Positions 50,064-60,024 of a stretch of 64,000 nucleotides of DNA are shown in pieces. The stretch is from Pseudomonadota bacterium (GTDB lineage: Bacteria > Pseudomonadota > Gammaproteobacteria > QQUJ01). A program made the translations under genes and the position numbers. The stretch lies in assembly GCA_008501635.1 (NCBI GenBank), contig QQUJ01000004.1:3085-67084 (forward strand). Direction: 5' to 3'. Numbering within the stretch: position 1 is the stretch's first letter; every line of letters starts with the position of its first letter. The notes under the pieces were generated by a model. That model worked only from the letters and a program-made list of their open reading frames with translations, did not search any database and was not told the origin of the DNA.

Positions 50064-50495
50064 ATGACCAGGATCGATTTCTATGTACTCCCCGAGCAGG
50101 GTCGCGGCAGTCGCGAGCTGCTCGCCTGCCGCCTGACCGAGAAGGCCTACGACCGCGGCCATCGCATCTTCATCCATACCGCGACCCGCGAACAGGCGGA
50201 GACGCTGGACAGCCTGCTCTGGACCTACCGCGACGAAAGTTTCCTCCCCCACGCGCTGTGCACCCAAGAACTGGCGGACGATTCACCGATTCAGATCGGG
50301 CACAGCGAGGAGCCGCGCGGCAACTGCGACGTGCTGATCAATCTCAGCCTCGAAGTCCCCGCCTTCTTCAGCCGCTTTGAACGGGTCGCCGAACTGGTGG
50401 GATCCGGCAATGATGAACGGCAGCGCGCACGCGAGGCATTTCGCTTCTACAAAGACCGCGGCTATCCCCTCGACACGCATCAGCTGAAATCGTAA
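50064..50495 (+). CDS. holC: DNA polymerase III chi subunit
   Basis: Start MTRIDFYVL at 50064. Conserved chi-subunit N-terminus. Position between pepA and valS as in E. coli. Confidence 0.75.
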   Translation: MTRIDFYVLPEQGRGSRELLACRLTEKAYDRGHRIFIHTATREQAETLDSLLWTYRDESFLPHALCTQELADDSPIQIGHSEEPRGNCDVLINLSLEVPAFFSRFERVAELVGSGNDERQRAREAFRFYKDRGYPLDTHQLKS

Positions 50496-50665
50496 ACATC
50501 TATTCGCAATGCTTGACGCGCGCAACCGCAATCACCGCGATGGCTGGACAGGTTCTAAAAGAGCGCGTCAATCCGGCCAAGACGGCATCCATCCTGACGA
50601 CGCTGCCTGGCATCGCCATGCCGCGCCTGACTCGCTGAAAGCTTTCGAGCGCCCCCGATCCCGGC

Positions 50666-51967
50666 TTACTTTTCCAACAACGTCTGGATGAGGTCGATGA
50701 CATCGGGCGCCACCCAGTCCAGAGCACCATAGTAGCCATAGTGAATGCGCCCGTTACCGTCCAACAGGTAGTTGGAGGGATAGGCGTACACCTTCCAGCT
50801 CTTGATCGCCTCGCCGTTGCTATCGAGAAGGACGGGAAAGTCGACAGGATGTTGCTCAAGAAACTTCCTGATCACCGCCTCCTGTTCGCCGACGTTGATC
50901 GTTAGCAGCTGAAAATCCCGATTCGCCATTCTCCTGTTCAACTCATTCAGCGACGGGATCTCCTTGACGCAGGGTGGACACCAGGTCGCCCAGAAATTGA
51001 TCAGCACCACCTTGCCGCGATAAGCGGAGAGCCGATGGCGATTTCCCTGCAGATCATCGAGCTCGATGTCGGGCAGATCCTGCGGTCCGCGATAGGGCGC
51101 AAGGCGCGGCTCTGCCACCGCCTGGCGCCTGTAGTTCTCCGGGTCTCGGGATGCAGCGGCGCGTTTCGGGGATTCGATCTTCGCCATTTTTGCCATCGCA
51201 TGGTGCAATCGCGCGGGTAGTTCGCGCCGGGCACTGAGTTCGGCGTCCGACAGATCGTCAGCGGAGCGCGCCTCAAATCCCGACTGGACGCCCTTCTGTT
51301 CTTCATAGGTCACCGGACTTCCACCCACTTCGAGCGCTTCGACGAGTTCTTCCACGCGCCAGTACTTTTCGGAAAGCGTCGGCTGGAGAACAAGAACCGG
51401 GAGATTGGTCTCGTGCACCACTGAGAGAAAACGATTGTCTTCGCCGAGTTTTGGACTGCCCTGGTAGAGAAACGGGCTAAGCAGTAGAAGTCCGCGAAGA
51501 TCCCTGCGCCCCGCGGCGCGCAACTGCATTTCCCGCGCCGTCTGCAACGCCAACCCCGCGCCCTTGCCTGAGGCCATCAGGAACAGGGTCTCTTTACCGG
51601 CGGCCAGTATCTTCTCGGCCAGTTCCACCACATCCGCGACGGGAAATTCCTGAATACTTTCTCTTCCCGGGGCTACGAAGTAGGCGGTATGGAGATCCGC
51701 CATCCAGACCTCGTATCCCAGCGATGCCAATGCCGCTGCCGTCACATCCTGACCGGCCCTTACGCCGTACTCCGAGGGCAGCCAGAGCAGAGCAGCTTTG
51801 CCTTGCCCCGCAAAATGTTTGACCCGTATTTCCGCCCCGCTCTGCACCTCGACATTGCGAATCTCGGTTTCAGCGTGCGCGGCGAAGACAAAGCTGTTCG
51901 CCAGCAGCATAGCGACCAGCAGCTTCACGACCGGCTTACCGAACAACACGAGATACCTGTACCACAT
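50666..51967 (-). CDS. Secreted fusion protein: N-terminal alpha/beta-hydrolase-like domain plus C-terminal TlpA-type thioredoxin domain
   Basis: Signal peptide. About 260 aa with alpha/beta-fold-like pattern but no clean GxSxG. C-terminal FWATWCPPC thioredoxin domain. Inserted between holC and valS. Confidence 0.55.
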   Translation of the reverse strand: MWYRYLVLFGKPVVKLLVAMLLANSFVFAAHAETEIRNVEVQSGAEIRVKHFAGQGKAALLWLPSEYGVRAGQDVTAAALASLGYEVWMADLHTAYFVAPGRESIQEFPVADVVELAEKILAAGKETLFLMASGKGAGLALQTAREMQLRAAGRRDLRGLLLLSPFLYQGSPKLGEDNRFLSVVHETNLPVLVLQPTLSEKYWRVEELVEALEVGGSPVTYEEQKGVQSGFEARSADDLSDAELSARRELPARLHHAMAKMAKIESPKRAAASRDPENYRRQAVAEPRLAPYRGPQDLPDIELDDLQGNRHRLSAYRGKVVLINFWATWCPPCVKEIPSLNELNRRMANRDFQLLTINVGEQEAVIRKFLEQHPVDFPVLLDSNGEAIKSWKVYAYPSNYLLDGNGRIHYGYYGALDWVAPDVIDLIQTLLEK

Positions 51968-52230
51968 ATCCGAAATCCATCAGACAAGGAAGAAAACAGC
52001 GGCGGCGTTGGGCGCAGCGGTTCACGAAAGTTACGCTGATCATTCCTCACTCTCAAGCTGCAATCCCTGAGCGCGGTGACGGCACATCACGAAGGGATAC
52101 CCGGGTCAGACGCGAAACCCCCTTAAGTCAGAAAGAAATTATGGCTATAATCAGCCACTTCCTGCGGACCGGGTGAACAACCCGGTCCTTTGCTTTTATC
52201 GAAAACGTTCAACACGCGGATCGGGCCCGG

Positions 52231-55080
52231 ATGGACAAGACTTACGACCCCCACGCCATCGAACAGCGCTGGTACAACACCTGGGAGGATCAGGGCTACT
52301 TCGCCCCGGCCGGCGCAGGCGAGCCCTACTGCATCATGATCCCGCCGCCCAATGTCACCGGTACGCTGCACATGGGGCACGGCTTCAACAACACCCTGAT
52401 GGATACGCTGACCCGCTACTACCGCATGTGCGGGCGCAACGCCCTGTGGCAGCCCGGCACCGACCATGCCGGTATCGCCACTCAGATGGTGGTGGAGCGC
52501 CAGCTCAACGCGGAGCAGAAGACCCGCCACGATCTCGGTCGTGACGCCTTCATCGACCGCGTCTGGACCTGGCGCGCCGAATCGGGCGGCACCATCACCC
52601 GCCAGCTGCGCCGCCTGGGTGCCTCGCTTGACTGGGCGAACGAGCGCTTCACCATGGACGAAGGGCTCTCCAAGGCGGTCCAGGAGGTCTTCATCCGCCT
52701 CTACGACACCGGGCTGATCTACCGCGGCAAGCGGCTGGTGAACTGGGACCCGGTGCTGCACACCGCGGTCTCCGATCTGGAAGTGGTCTCCGAGGAGGAG
52801 CAGGGCCACCTCTGGCACCTGCGTTATCCGCTCAGCGACGCTGCACAGGGACGTGCGAGTGCCGCGGGAGGCAGGACGCCGGGAGCGGCCGGCGAAGACT
52901 ATCTCATTGTCGCCACCACCCGCCCCGAGACCATGCTCGGCGACACCGCCGTCGCCGTGCACCCTGACGATGAGCGCTTCCAGGCGCTGATCGGCAAGAC
53001 GGTGATGCTGCCTTTGGCGAACCGCGAGATCCCCATCATCGCCGACGACTACGTCGACCCGGAGTTCGGCTCCGGCTGCGTGAAGATCACCCCGGCCCAC
53101 GATTTCAATGACTACGCCATCGGCCAGCGCCACGAGCTGGAGATGATCAACATCCTCACCATCGACGCCCGGATCAACGACAACGCGCCGGAGAAATATC
53201 GCGGCCTTGACCGTTACGAGGCGCGCAAGCAGGTGGTGGCCGATCTCGACGCCCTGGGTCTGCTGGAGAAGATCGACGATCACAAACTGATAGTGCCGCG
53301 CGGCGATCGCTCCGGCGCGGTGGTCGAGCCCTACCTCACCGATCAGTGGTTCGTCGACCTCACCCGGGAGACGCTGGACGACGGCAGCCCCGGCGGCTGG
53401 ACCGCCATCACCAAACCGGCGCTCGACGTCGTCGCCAGCGGCGATATCAAGTTCGTGCCGACCAACTGGGTCAACACCTACAACCAGTGGTTGGAGAATA
53501 TCCAGGACTGGTGCATCTCGCGCCAGATCTGGTGGGGCCACCGCATCCCCGCCTGGTACGACGCCGAGGGCAACTGCTACGTGGCCGAGTCCGAGGATGA
53601 TGTGCGCAAGAAATACCGGCTTGCCGATGACCTGATGCTGACCCAGGACAACGACGTGCTCGACACCTGGTTCAGCTCCGCTCTATGGCCCTTCTCCACC
53701 CTGGGCTGGCCGGAGCAGACCGAGCGGCTCAAGCTCTTCTACCCCACCTCGGTGCTGATCACCGGCTTCGACATCATCTTTTTCTGGGTGGCGCGCATGG
53801 TGATGATGGGCCTCTACGTCATGGAGGAGGTACCGTTCCGCGAGGTCTACATCCACGGCCTGGTGCGCGACGCCCACGGGCAGAAGATGTCGAAATCCAA
53901 GGGCAACATCCTCGACCCCATCGATCTGATCGACGGTATCGAACTCGATGCGCTGCTGAAAAAGCGCACTACCGGCATGATGCAGCCGCAGATGGCGAAG
54001 AAGATCGAGAAGCAGACCAGGGAGGAGTTCCCCGACGGCATTCCCGCCTACGGCACCGATGCGCTGCGCTTTACCTTTGCGGCGCTGGCCTCACCCGGGC
54101 GCGACATCAACTTCGACATGGGCCGCCTCGAAGGCAACCGCAACTTCTGCAACAAGCTGTGGAATGCGGCGCGCTACGTGTTGATGAACACCGAAGAAAA
54201 AGATTGTGGCGCAGAAGGCGGCGATCTCGAATTCTCGACCGCCGACCGCTGGATCATCTCGCGCCTGCAGCGCACCGAACAACTGGTCAATGAAGCCCTC
54301 GCCAACTACCGCTTCGATCATGCCGCGCAGGCCCTGTTCGAGTTCACCAAGAACGAATACTGCGACTGGTATCTGGAACTCTCCAAGCCGGTGCTTACGA
54401 GTGAGACAAGCAGCGCCGCGCAGCAACGCGGCACGCGCTGGACGCTGGTGAACGTGCTGGAAGCGCTGTTGCGCCTGATCCACCCGGTGATGCCCTATAT
54501 CACCGAGGAGATCTGGCAGCGTGTTGCGCCTCTGGCCGGCAAAGAGGGCGCGACCATCATGCAGCGCCCCTATCCGCAACCCGAGGCGGAAAAGATCGAT
54601 GCCGAGGCGGAGGCGGAGATGCGCTGGGTGATGGAGTTCATCATGGGCATCCGCCGCATCCGCGGCGAGATGAACATTGCGCCCGGCAAGGCGCTTCCCG
54701 TGCTTTTGGAAAACGCCGGCGCCAGCGACATCGCCCGCGCCGAAAAGTACGGCGCATGGCTGCAGTTCCTGGCACGCACCGAATCCATTACGCCGGTTAG
54801 CGGTGAGGCCCCCGAGTCGGCAACCGCACTGGTCGGTGAAATGAAGGTGTTGATTCCGCTGGCGGGGTTGATCGACAAGGATGCGGAGCTGGCGCGCCTC
54901 GACAAAGAGATCGGCAAGCTGCAAAAAGAGGTGGAACGCGGCGCAGGCAAACTCGGCAATGCCAACTTCGTCGACCGCGCCCCGGCCGAGGTGGTGGAGA
55001 AAGAGCGCCAGCGTGTCGCGGAGATGAAAACCTCGCTCGGTAACCTGGAAGCGCAGCGATCAAAGATCGCGGCGTTGTGA
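52231..55080 (+). CDS. valS: Valyl-tRNA synthetase
   Basis: 949 aa. HIGH ([11 protein letters not shown]) and KMSKS motifs. C-terminal coiled coil. Confidence 0.95.
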   Translation: MDKTYDPHAIEQRWYNTWEDQGYFAPAGAGEPYCIMIPPPNVTGTLHMGHGFNNTLMDTLTRYYRMCGRNALWQPGTDHAGIATQMVVERQLNAEQKTRHDLGRDAFIDRVWTWRAESGGTITRQLRRLGASLDWANERFTMDEGLSKAVQEVFIRLYDTGLIYRGKRLVNWDPVLHTAVSDLEVVSEEEQGHLWHLRYPLSDAAQGRASAAGGRTPGAAGEDYLIVATTRPETMLGDTAVAVHPDDERFQALIGKTVMLPLANREIPIIADDYVDPEFGSGCVKITPAHDFNDYAIGQRHELEMINILTIDARINDNAPEKYRGLDRYEARKQVVADLDALGLLEKIDDHKLIVPRGDRSGAVVEPYLTDQWFVDLTRETLDDGSPGGWTAITKPALDVVASGDIKFVPTNWVNTYNQWLENIQDWCISRQIWWGHRIPAWYDAEGNCYVAESEDDVRKKYRLADDLMLTQDNDVLDTWFSSALWPFSTLGWPEQTERLKLFYPTSVLITGFDIIFFWVARMVMMGLYVMEEVPFREVYIHGLVRDAHGQKMSKSKGNILDPIDLIDGIELDALLKKRTTGMMQPQMAKKIEKQTREEFPDGIPAYGTDALRFTFAALASPGRDINFDMGRLEGNRNFCNKLWNAARYVLMNTEEKDCGAEGGDLEFSTADRWIISRLQRTEQLVNEALANYRFDHAAQALFEFTKNEYCDWYLELSKPVLTSETSSAAQQRGTRWTLVNVLEALLRLIHPVMPYITEEIWQRVAPLAGKEGATIMQRPYPQPEAEKIDAEAEAEMRWVMEFIMGIRRIRGEMNIAPGKALPVLLENAGASDIARAEKYGAWLQFLARTESITPVSGEAPESATALVGEMKVLIPLAGLIDKDAELARLDKEIGKLQKEVERGAGKLGNANFVDRAPAEVVEKERQRVAEMKTSLGNLEAQRSKIAAL

Positions 55081-55101
55081 ACAGTTGGAAGAAACTTTTC
55101 A

Positions 55102-55532
55102 CCACAAAGTACACAAAGTAAGGCGTTTTTAACTTCGTGAACTTTGTGTACTTAGTGGTAAATCGCTTTTGCTTTTGAGCAGTTGTAGGTTGGGCTGGCG
55201 CCGCGCAACCCAACTGCGGCCAAGGAAAATGAACTGATAACCACAACGTACAAGAAGTGCGCAAAGTAAGGCGTTTTTTAACTTCGTGAACTTTGTGGTA
55301 AATAGCATTTTCAGTTTTTCAGTTGTAGGTCGGGTTTGCGCGATATAATCCGATATTATTGAATTAGACGATCGTTGGGTCACGCCGCGCCGACCCAACT
55401 ACGGCCAAGGGAAAAGAACCGTTAACCACAAAGTACACGAAGTGCACAAAGTAAGGCGTTTTTAACTTCGTGTACTTTGTGTACTTCGTGGTAAATTGCG
55501 TTTCCAGTTTTTGCAGTCAAACGAGATTGGCA
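55102..55532. repeat. Three tandem copies (139, 185 and about 106 bp) of a structured repeat in the valS-hisI intergenic region
   Basis: Units begin CCACAA(A/C)GTACA... at 55102, 55241 and 55426. Each carries an 18-bp inverted repeat (CCACAAAGTACACAAAGT ... ACTTTGTGTACTTAGTGG) around AAGGCGTTTTTAACTTCGTGAA and a second GC-rich hairpin (TTGGGCTGGCGCCGCGCAACCCAA). Copy B contains TTGTAG-N15-TATAAT. Confidence 0.6.
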
Positions 55533-55928
55533 ATGACAACCGAAGAGATTCTAAAGCTGGTGGATTTCACCAAGGGCAACGGCCTGGTCACCGCCATCGC
55601 CCAGGATGCCGAGACCGGCGAGATCCTGATGCTGGCCAACATGAACGAGGAGTCGCTGCGCAAGACCCTGGAGTGCGGCGAAGCGGTCTACTGGAGCCGC
55701 TCGCGCTCCAGGCTCTGGCACAAGGGCGAAGAGAGCGGCAACGTGCAGCGGGTGAAGGAGCTGTTCATCGACTGCGACGGTGACGCGGTGCTGATGAAGA
55801 TCGAGCAGATCGGTCGCGCCGCCTGCCACACCGGCAAGCGCAGCTGCTTCTTCCGCAAGATCGACCACGGCAAAGTCGAGGACATTGGCGAGCAGGTCTT
55901 TGATCCGAAGCAGGTATACGGAAAGTAG
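55533..55928 (+). CDS. hisI: Phosphoribosyl-AMP cyclohydrolase
   Basis: Start [12 protein letters not shown] at 55533. Conserved cyclohydrolase motifs ([26 protein letters not shown]). Confidence 0.8.
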   Translation: MTTEEILKLVDFTKGNGLVTAIAQDAETGEILMLANMNEESLRKTLECGEAVYWSRSRSRLWHKGEESGNVQRVKELFIDCDGDAVLMKIEQIGRAACHTGKRSCFFRKIDHGKVEDIGEQVFDPKQVYGK

Positions 55929-56136
55929 GATTGAGTCTATTTCGCGCTAAGTCGCAGAGTACGCGAAGCGTGCAAAGAAATATCCAAGAAACAAACTGGT
56001 TCGATAACTGTAGCTGAAAACATTGCTCGTCACGGCGACTAGACACCATTCAGTAGCTTACATTCAACGAATTCATTGAGCTCCTTTGCGAACTTAGCGT
56101 TCTTCGCAACTTCGCACGAGACCAAGAGGTTTCAAC

Positions 56137-57021
56137 ATGACAGACGACACCAACACCCTGCGCATCGGCATCCCCAAGGGCAGTCTGCAGGAGACCACCA
56201 GAAAACTCTTCGACCTGGCCGGCTTCAATCTCAACATCTCGGGCCGCTCCTACTACCCGAGCATCGACGATAGGGAGATCCAGTGCATCCTGATCCGCCC
56301 GCAGGAGATGGCGCGCTACGTGGAACAGGGCGTGCTCGATTGCGCCATAACCGGTCTGGACTGGATCGTCGAGACCGGCGCTGACGTTGAGGAACTCGCC
56401 GACCTGCAGGCCCCCTGGCCCAACTACGGCGTGGTGCGCTGGGTGTTGGCGGTCAAGGAGAACGCCGAGTTCAAGAGCGTGAAGGATCTGGAGGGCAAAC
56501 GCATCGCCACCGAGGCGGTGGGGCTCACCAACTTTTTTCTCAAGGAGCACGGCGTCAACGCCCACGTGGAATTTTCCTGGGGCGCCACCGAGGTGAAGCC
56601 GCCGATCCTCGCCGACGCCATCGTCGACATCTCCGAAACCGGCTCCAGCCTGCGCGCCAACAGCCTGCGTGTCATGCATGTGGTTCAGGAGAGCACACCG
56701 CGTTTCATCGCCAATCGCGACGCGCTCGAACACGGCTGGAAGAAGGACAAGATGGATCGGATGCTGATGCTGCTCAAGGGCGCCATCGCCGCCTCGACCC
56801 GCGTCATGCTGGCGATGAATGTGCCGCGTGACAATATTCAGCGGGTGCTCGAGATTCTGCCCTCGCTGGGCACGCCCACCATCTCGACACTGGCCGATGA
56901 GTCGTGGGTCGACATCAGCGCGGTCATCGAAGAGAAATTCGTGCGCGACATGATTCCCCGGCTTTCCGCCGCCGGAGCGCGCGGTATCATCGAGTTGCCG
57001 TTGAACAAGATCATCGACTGA
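56137..57021 (+). CDS. hisG: ATP phosphoribosyltransferase, long form
   Basis: 294 aa, LRIGIPKGSLQE N-terminus and C-terminal regulatory domain. RBS AAGAGG. Confidence 0.9.
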   Translation: MTDDTNTLRIGIPKGSLQETTRKLFDLAGFNLNISGRSYYPSIDDREIQCILIRPQEMARYVEQGVLDCAITGLDWIVETGADVEELADLQAPWPNYGVVRWVLAVKENAEFKSVKDLEGKRIATEAVGLTNFFLKEHGVNAHVEFSWGATEVKPPILADAIVDISETGSSLRANSLRVMHVVQESTPRFIANRDALEHGWKKDKMDRMLMLLKGAIAASTRVMLAMNVPRDNIQRVLEILPSLGTPTISTLADESWVDISAVIEEKFVRDMIPRLSAAGARGIIELPLNKIID

Positions 57022-57133
57022 CCGACGCCAACTCATTGCACTGAAAAGGTGGTAAATCCGAACAGCCGGAAGCTGAGTCAGGCGTGGTCTTTATCCGGTT
57101 TTTTGAAAGCGACCCGCTGTAAGTGGCAAAGGA

Positions 57134-58219
57134 TCAGGCAGCCAATATCCGTACCTGCGCGACATTCAGATCCATGGCAATGACATCGTCGATCTGAAAG
57201 CTGCGACCGCCGATTTCGTGACCGTCATCGACCAGGATAGCCTTACCCTCCTGCTCGACCAGATAACGGATTATGTTTCCCAGGAATTCGCGGTGAACGA
57301 TACGACCATTGAGCCGCACATGCCCGACCTGGCAAGGCTCATGGTTCTCAACGATACGCAGATTCTGGGGCCTGAACATGGCTGTTGCCTGGCCGGGGCT
57401 TTTGGCTTCGGTGTCCAGCGGAATCCTCACATCGCCCGCTGCATAGAACACGCCCCGTGCTCCCTCTCTGCGCACTTCTCCGTCCAGCAGGTTGGCAGTA
57501 CCGAGAAAACTGGCAACGAAACGGTTATCGGGATGATCGTAGAGGGCCACGGGTGTCCCGACCTGCTGCAACACGCCATCGTTGAGAACCGCCATGCGAT
57601 CGGCAATGGTATTGGCCTCTTCCTGATCATGAGTAACGAAGATGGTGGTAATACCCAATCGCTGTTGCAACTCGCGTATGTCGCGACGCATCTGGATGCG
57701 CAGATTGGCATCTAGATTGGAAAGAGGCTCGTCGAGCAACAGGACACGCGGTTCGATCACGATGGTCCGCGCCAGAGCAACACGCTGCTGCTGTCCTCCG
57801 GAAAGTTGTGCCGGGCGGCGTGTCGCGAATTCACCCAGCCCAACCACCTCCAAAGCAGCGTCGACACGTTTTCTGATCTCCCCGCGAGACAGTCTTCGCT
57901 CTTCCAGGCCGAAAGCGACGTTCTTGGCCACCGTCATGTGCGGCCAGAGCGCGTAATTCTGAAACACCATCCCCACGTTGCGCTTCCAGGGCGGTAGCTG
58001 CGTGACATCCTCACCGCCAATCAGGACCTGTCCTGTCGGCGCCGGCCCGAACCCTGCGATCAGACGCAGAAGAGTGGATTTACCTGAACCCGAAGGCCCA
58101 AGGAAGGCGAAAAATTCGCCAGGCACAATCTCCAGATCGATGTCGCGCAGGATCTGGTTGTCGCCAAAAGCCAGACCCACTTTGTGTAGTTGAATACTGA
58201 CGCTGCTGGTATCAATCAT
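57134..58219 (-). CDS. ABC importer ATP-binding protein (FbpC/PotA-like)
   Basis: Walker A GPSGSGKST, LSGGQQQRVALAR signature, C-terminal TOBE-like domain. Confidence 0.8.
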   Translation of the reverse strand: MIDTSSVSIQLHKVGLAFGDNQILRDIDLEIVPGEFFAFLGPSGSGKSTLLRLIAGFGPAPTGQVLIGGEDVTQLPPWKRNVGMVFQNYALWPHMTVAKNVAFGLEERRLSRGEIRKRVDAALEVVGLGEFATRRPAQLSGGQQQRVALARTIVIEPRVLLLDEPLSNLDANLRIQMRRDIRELQQRLGITTIFVTHDQEEANTIADRMAVLNDGVLQQVGTPVALYDHPDNRFVASFLGTANLLDGEVRREGARGVFYAAGDVRIPLDTEAKSPGQATAMFRPQNLRIVENHEPCQVGHVRLNGRIVHREFLGNIIRYLVEQEGKAILVDDGHEIGGRSFQIDDVIAMDLNVAQVRILAA

Positions 58220-58228
58220 TGCTGTTGC

Positions 58229-59950
58229 TCATCCCACCATGGGTTCGATTTCGGCGACCACGCGCGTAGTGGTTTGCATTCTCCGGCTACGCTCGATGAT
58301 GCGATGGGACAGATAAGTGCCGACTCCAACAATCACCACCGCGATGATGCCCAGCGCCGCCCCAGGCCCGCGCCCCGCCGCCGATTGCATGAAGACATAA
58401 ATACCATAGGCAAGCGGTGCATCCGACTGCTGTGATACCAGCATCAGTGTTGCCGACAACTCGACCGCCGCCGTGGCAAAGCTGGTGACAAATCCGGCAA
58501 GAATACCGCCCGACATCAGCGGTACGACGATCCGCCACACAACGCGTGATTTGGTGGCACCCAGATTTTCCGCCGCCTCCTCCAGCGTGACGCTGACCTG
58601 TTGCAGAGCGGCTACGCAAGCGCGCAGGGCATAGGGCAAACGCCGGATCGAAAGCGCAATCACCAGAATGATCCACCACGACGCCAGCGGCTGACCGCTC
58701 CAGGGAACCTCCCAGCCAAGAAACGTACGCAAATAGCCGATACCCAACACCACGCCGGGAACGGCCAGGGCCGCGGTCGCAGCGTAGTCGAGCCATTTTC
58801 GACCCGGCAATCCGGTGCGCCATACGATGTAGGCAATCGCGGTACCGATGACGACGTCGATACTCGCTGCGATACCGGCGTACAACAAGGTATTGGTGAT
58901 GTATTGGGACGAGGTTTCGAAGACGCGCAGATAGTGCTCGATCGTGTAGGCATCGGGCAGCACCGCATACGACCATACCGTACCGAAGGACAAGATCAGC
59001 AACCCAAGATGGGGCGCCAACACGAAAGCCAGAATCACCAAAATCAGCGCATAGGCCCCGGCCTTTTCCCACGGGCGCAGATCGCGCTTCAACAATCCGC
59101 CACCGCCCTTCTGCACGGAAGCGTAGTCGCGGCCGCGAAAAGCCAGGAACGATACCCACAATGAAAATATCGAAAACAGCACCAGGATGACAGAAATCAC
59201 ATACCCCATGGGATCGGTGATGCCGATCGACGAGATGCGCAGATAGGCCTGCGGCGCCAGCATCTTGTTGACGTTGAGCAGCAAGGGCGTACCGAGATCG
59301 TCGAACACCTTGAGAAACACCAGCGCGGCGCCGGCGACATAGCCGGGTAGTGCCAACGGAAACACGATGCGCCGAAACAGACGCAACCCGCTGGAACCGA
59401 GGTTCTGCCCCGCCTCTTCCAGCGAGCGATCGATATTTGCCAGACTCGCGGACAGGTTGGTAAGTATGAACGGAAAGTAGTGGATGCTCTCCACCAGTAT
59501 CACACCGTTCAGTCCCTCCATGAACGGTACGTTGATACCGAAGTATTCATCCAACAACAAGTTGACGCTGCCGTTGCTGCCAAACAGCAACTGCATCGCA
59601 ACCGCTCCGACGAAGGGCGGCATGATCAGCGGTATCACGCCTAGCGTCTGAATCAGCAGTGACCCGCCGAAATTGAAGCGCGTCGTGAAATACGCCAACG
59701 GGAGCGCGATAGCCGTTGCCAGAGCTACGGACATACTGGCAACGTAGAGCGAATTCCAGAATGACTCGACGAACAGCGAGGTGCGGAAAAAATCCTGAAA
59801 GTTGACGAGCGTGAAAGCACCCGTATGCGGATCCTGGAAAGCGACCAGGATCACCTTCAGTACAGGGACGATCAAAAACGCAATCAGAAATATGGCAAGG
59901 GCCAGCCCGACTCCGGCCGGCCCCCATGGCGTGCGATGCGAAAAAAACAT
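58229..59950 (-). CDS. Two-domain ABC importer permease (FbpB/HitB-like Fe(III) type)
   Basis: 573 aa with duplicated BPD_transp_1 permease domains, typical of iron(III) ABC permeases. Confidence 0.75.
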   Translation of the reverse strand: MFFSHRTPWGPAGVGLALAIFLIAFLIVPVLKVILVAFQDPHTGAFTLVNFQDFFRTSLFVESFWNSLYVASMSVALATAIALPLAYFTTRFNFGGSLLIQTLGVIPLIMPPFVGAVAMQLLFGSNGSVNLLLDEYFGINVPFMEGLNGVILVESIHYFPFILTNLSASLANIDRSLEEAGQNLGSSGLRLFRRIVFPLALPGYVAGAALVFLKVFDDLGTPLLLNVNKMLAPQAYLRISSIGITDPMGYVISVILVLFSIFSLWVSFLAFRGRDYASVQKGGGGLLKRDLRPWEKAGAYALILVILAFVLAPHLGLLILSFGTVWSYAVLPDAYTIEHYLRVFETSSQYITNTLLYAGIAASIDVVIGTAIAYIVWRTGLPGRKWLDYAATAALAVPGVVLGIGYLRTFLGWEVPWSGQPLASWWIILVIALSIRRLPYALRACVAALQQVSVTLEEAAENLGATKSRVVWRIVVPLMSGGILAGFVTSFATAAVELSATLMLVSQQSDAPLAYGIYVFMQSAAGRGPGAALGIIAVVIVGVGTYLSHRIIERSRRMQTTTRVVAEIEPMVG

Positions 59951-60024
59951 GGTCTAGGTGATTATCCTGGCACATGACGCGAAGGCGGAGCAGTCACCTG
60001 CTCCGCCTTCGCAGTCAATCGGTA

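Noticed and set aside
55102-55532. Possible CRISPR array or small ORFs (MN*, MYFVYFVV...) in the tandem repeats
   Set aside because: Units are 140-185 bp with no repeat-spacer alternation. The only ATGs give 2-codon ORFs or palindrome-derived low-complexity peptides. The upstream extension of hisI to 55470 is repeat-derived.
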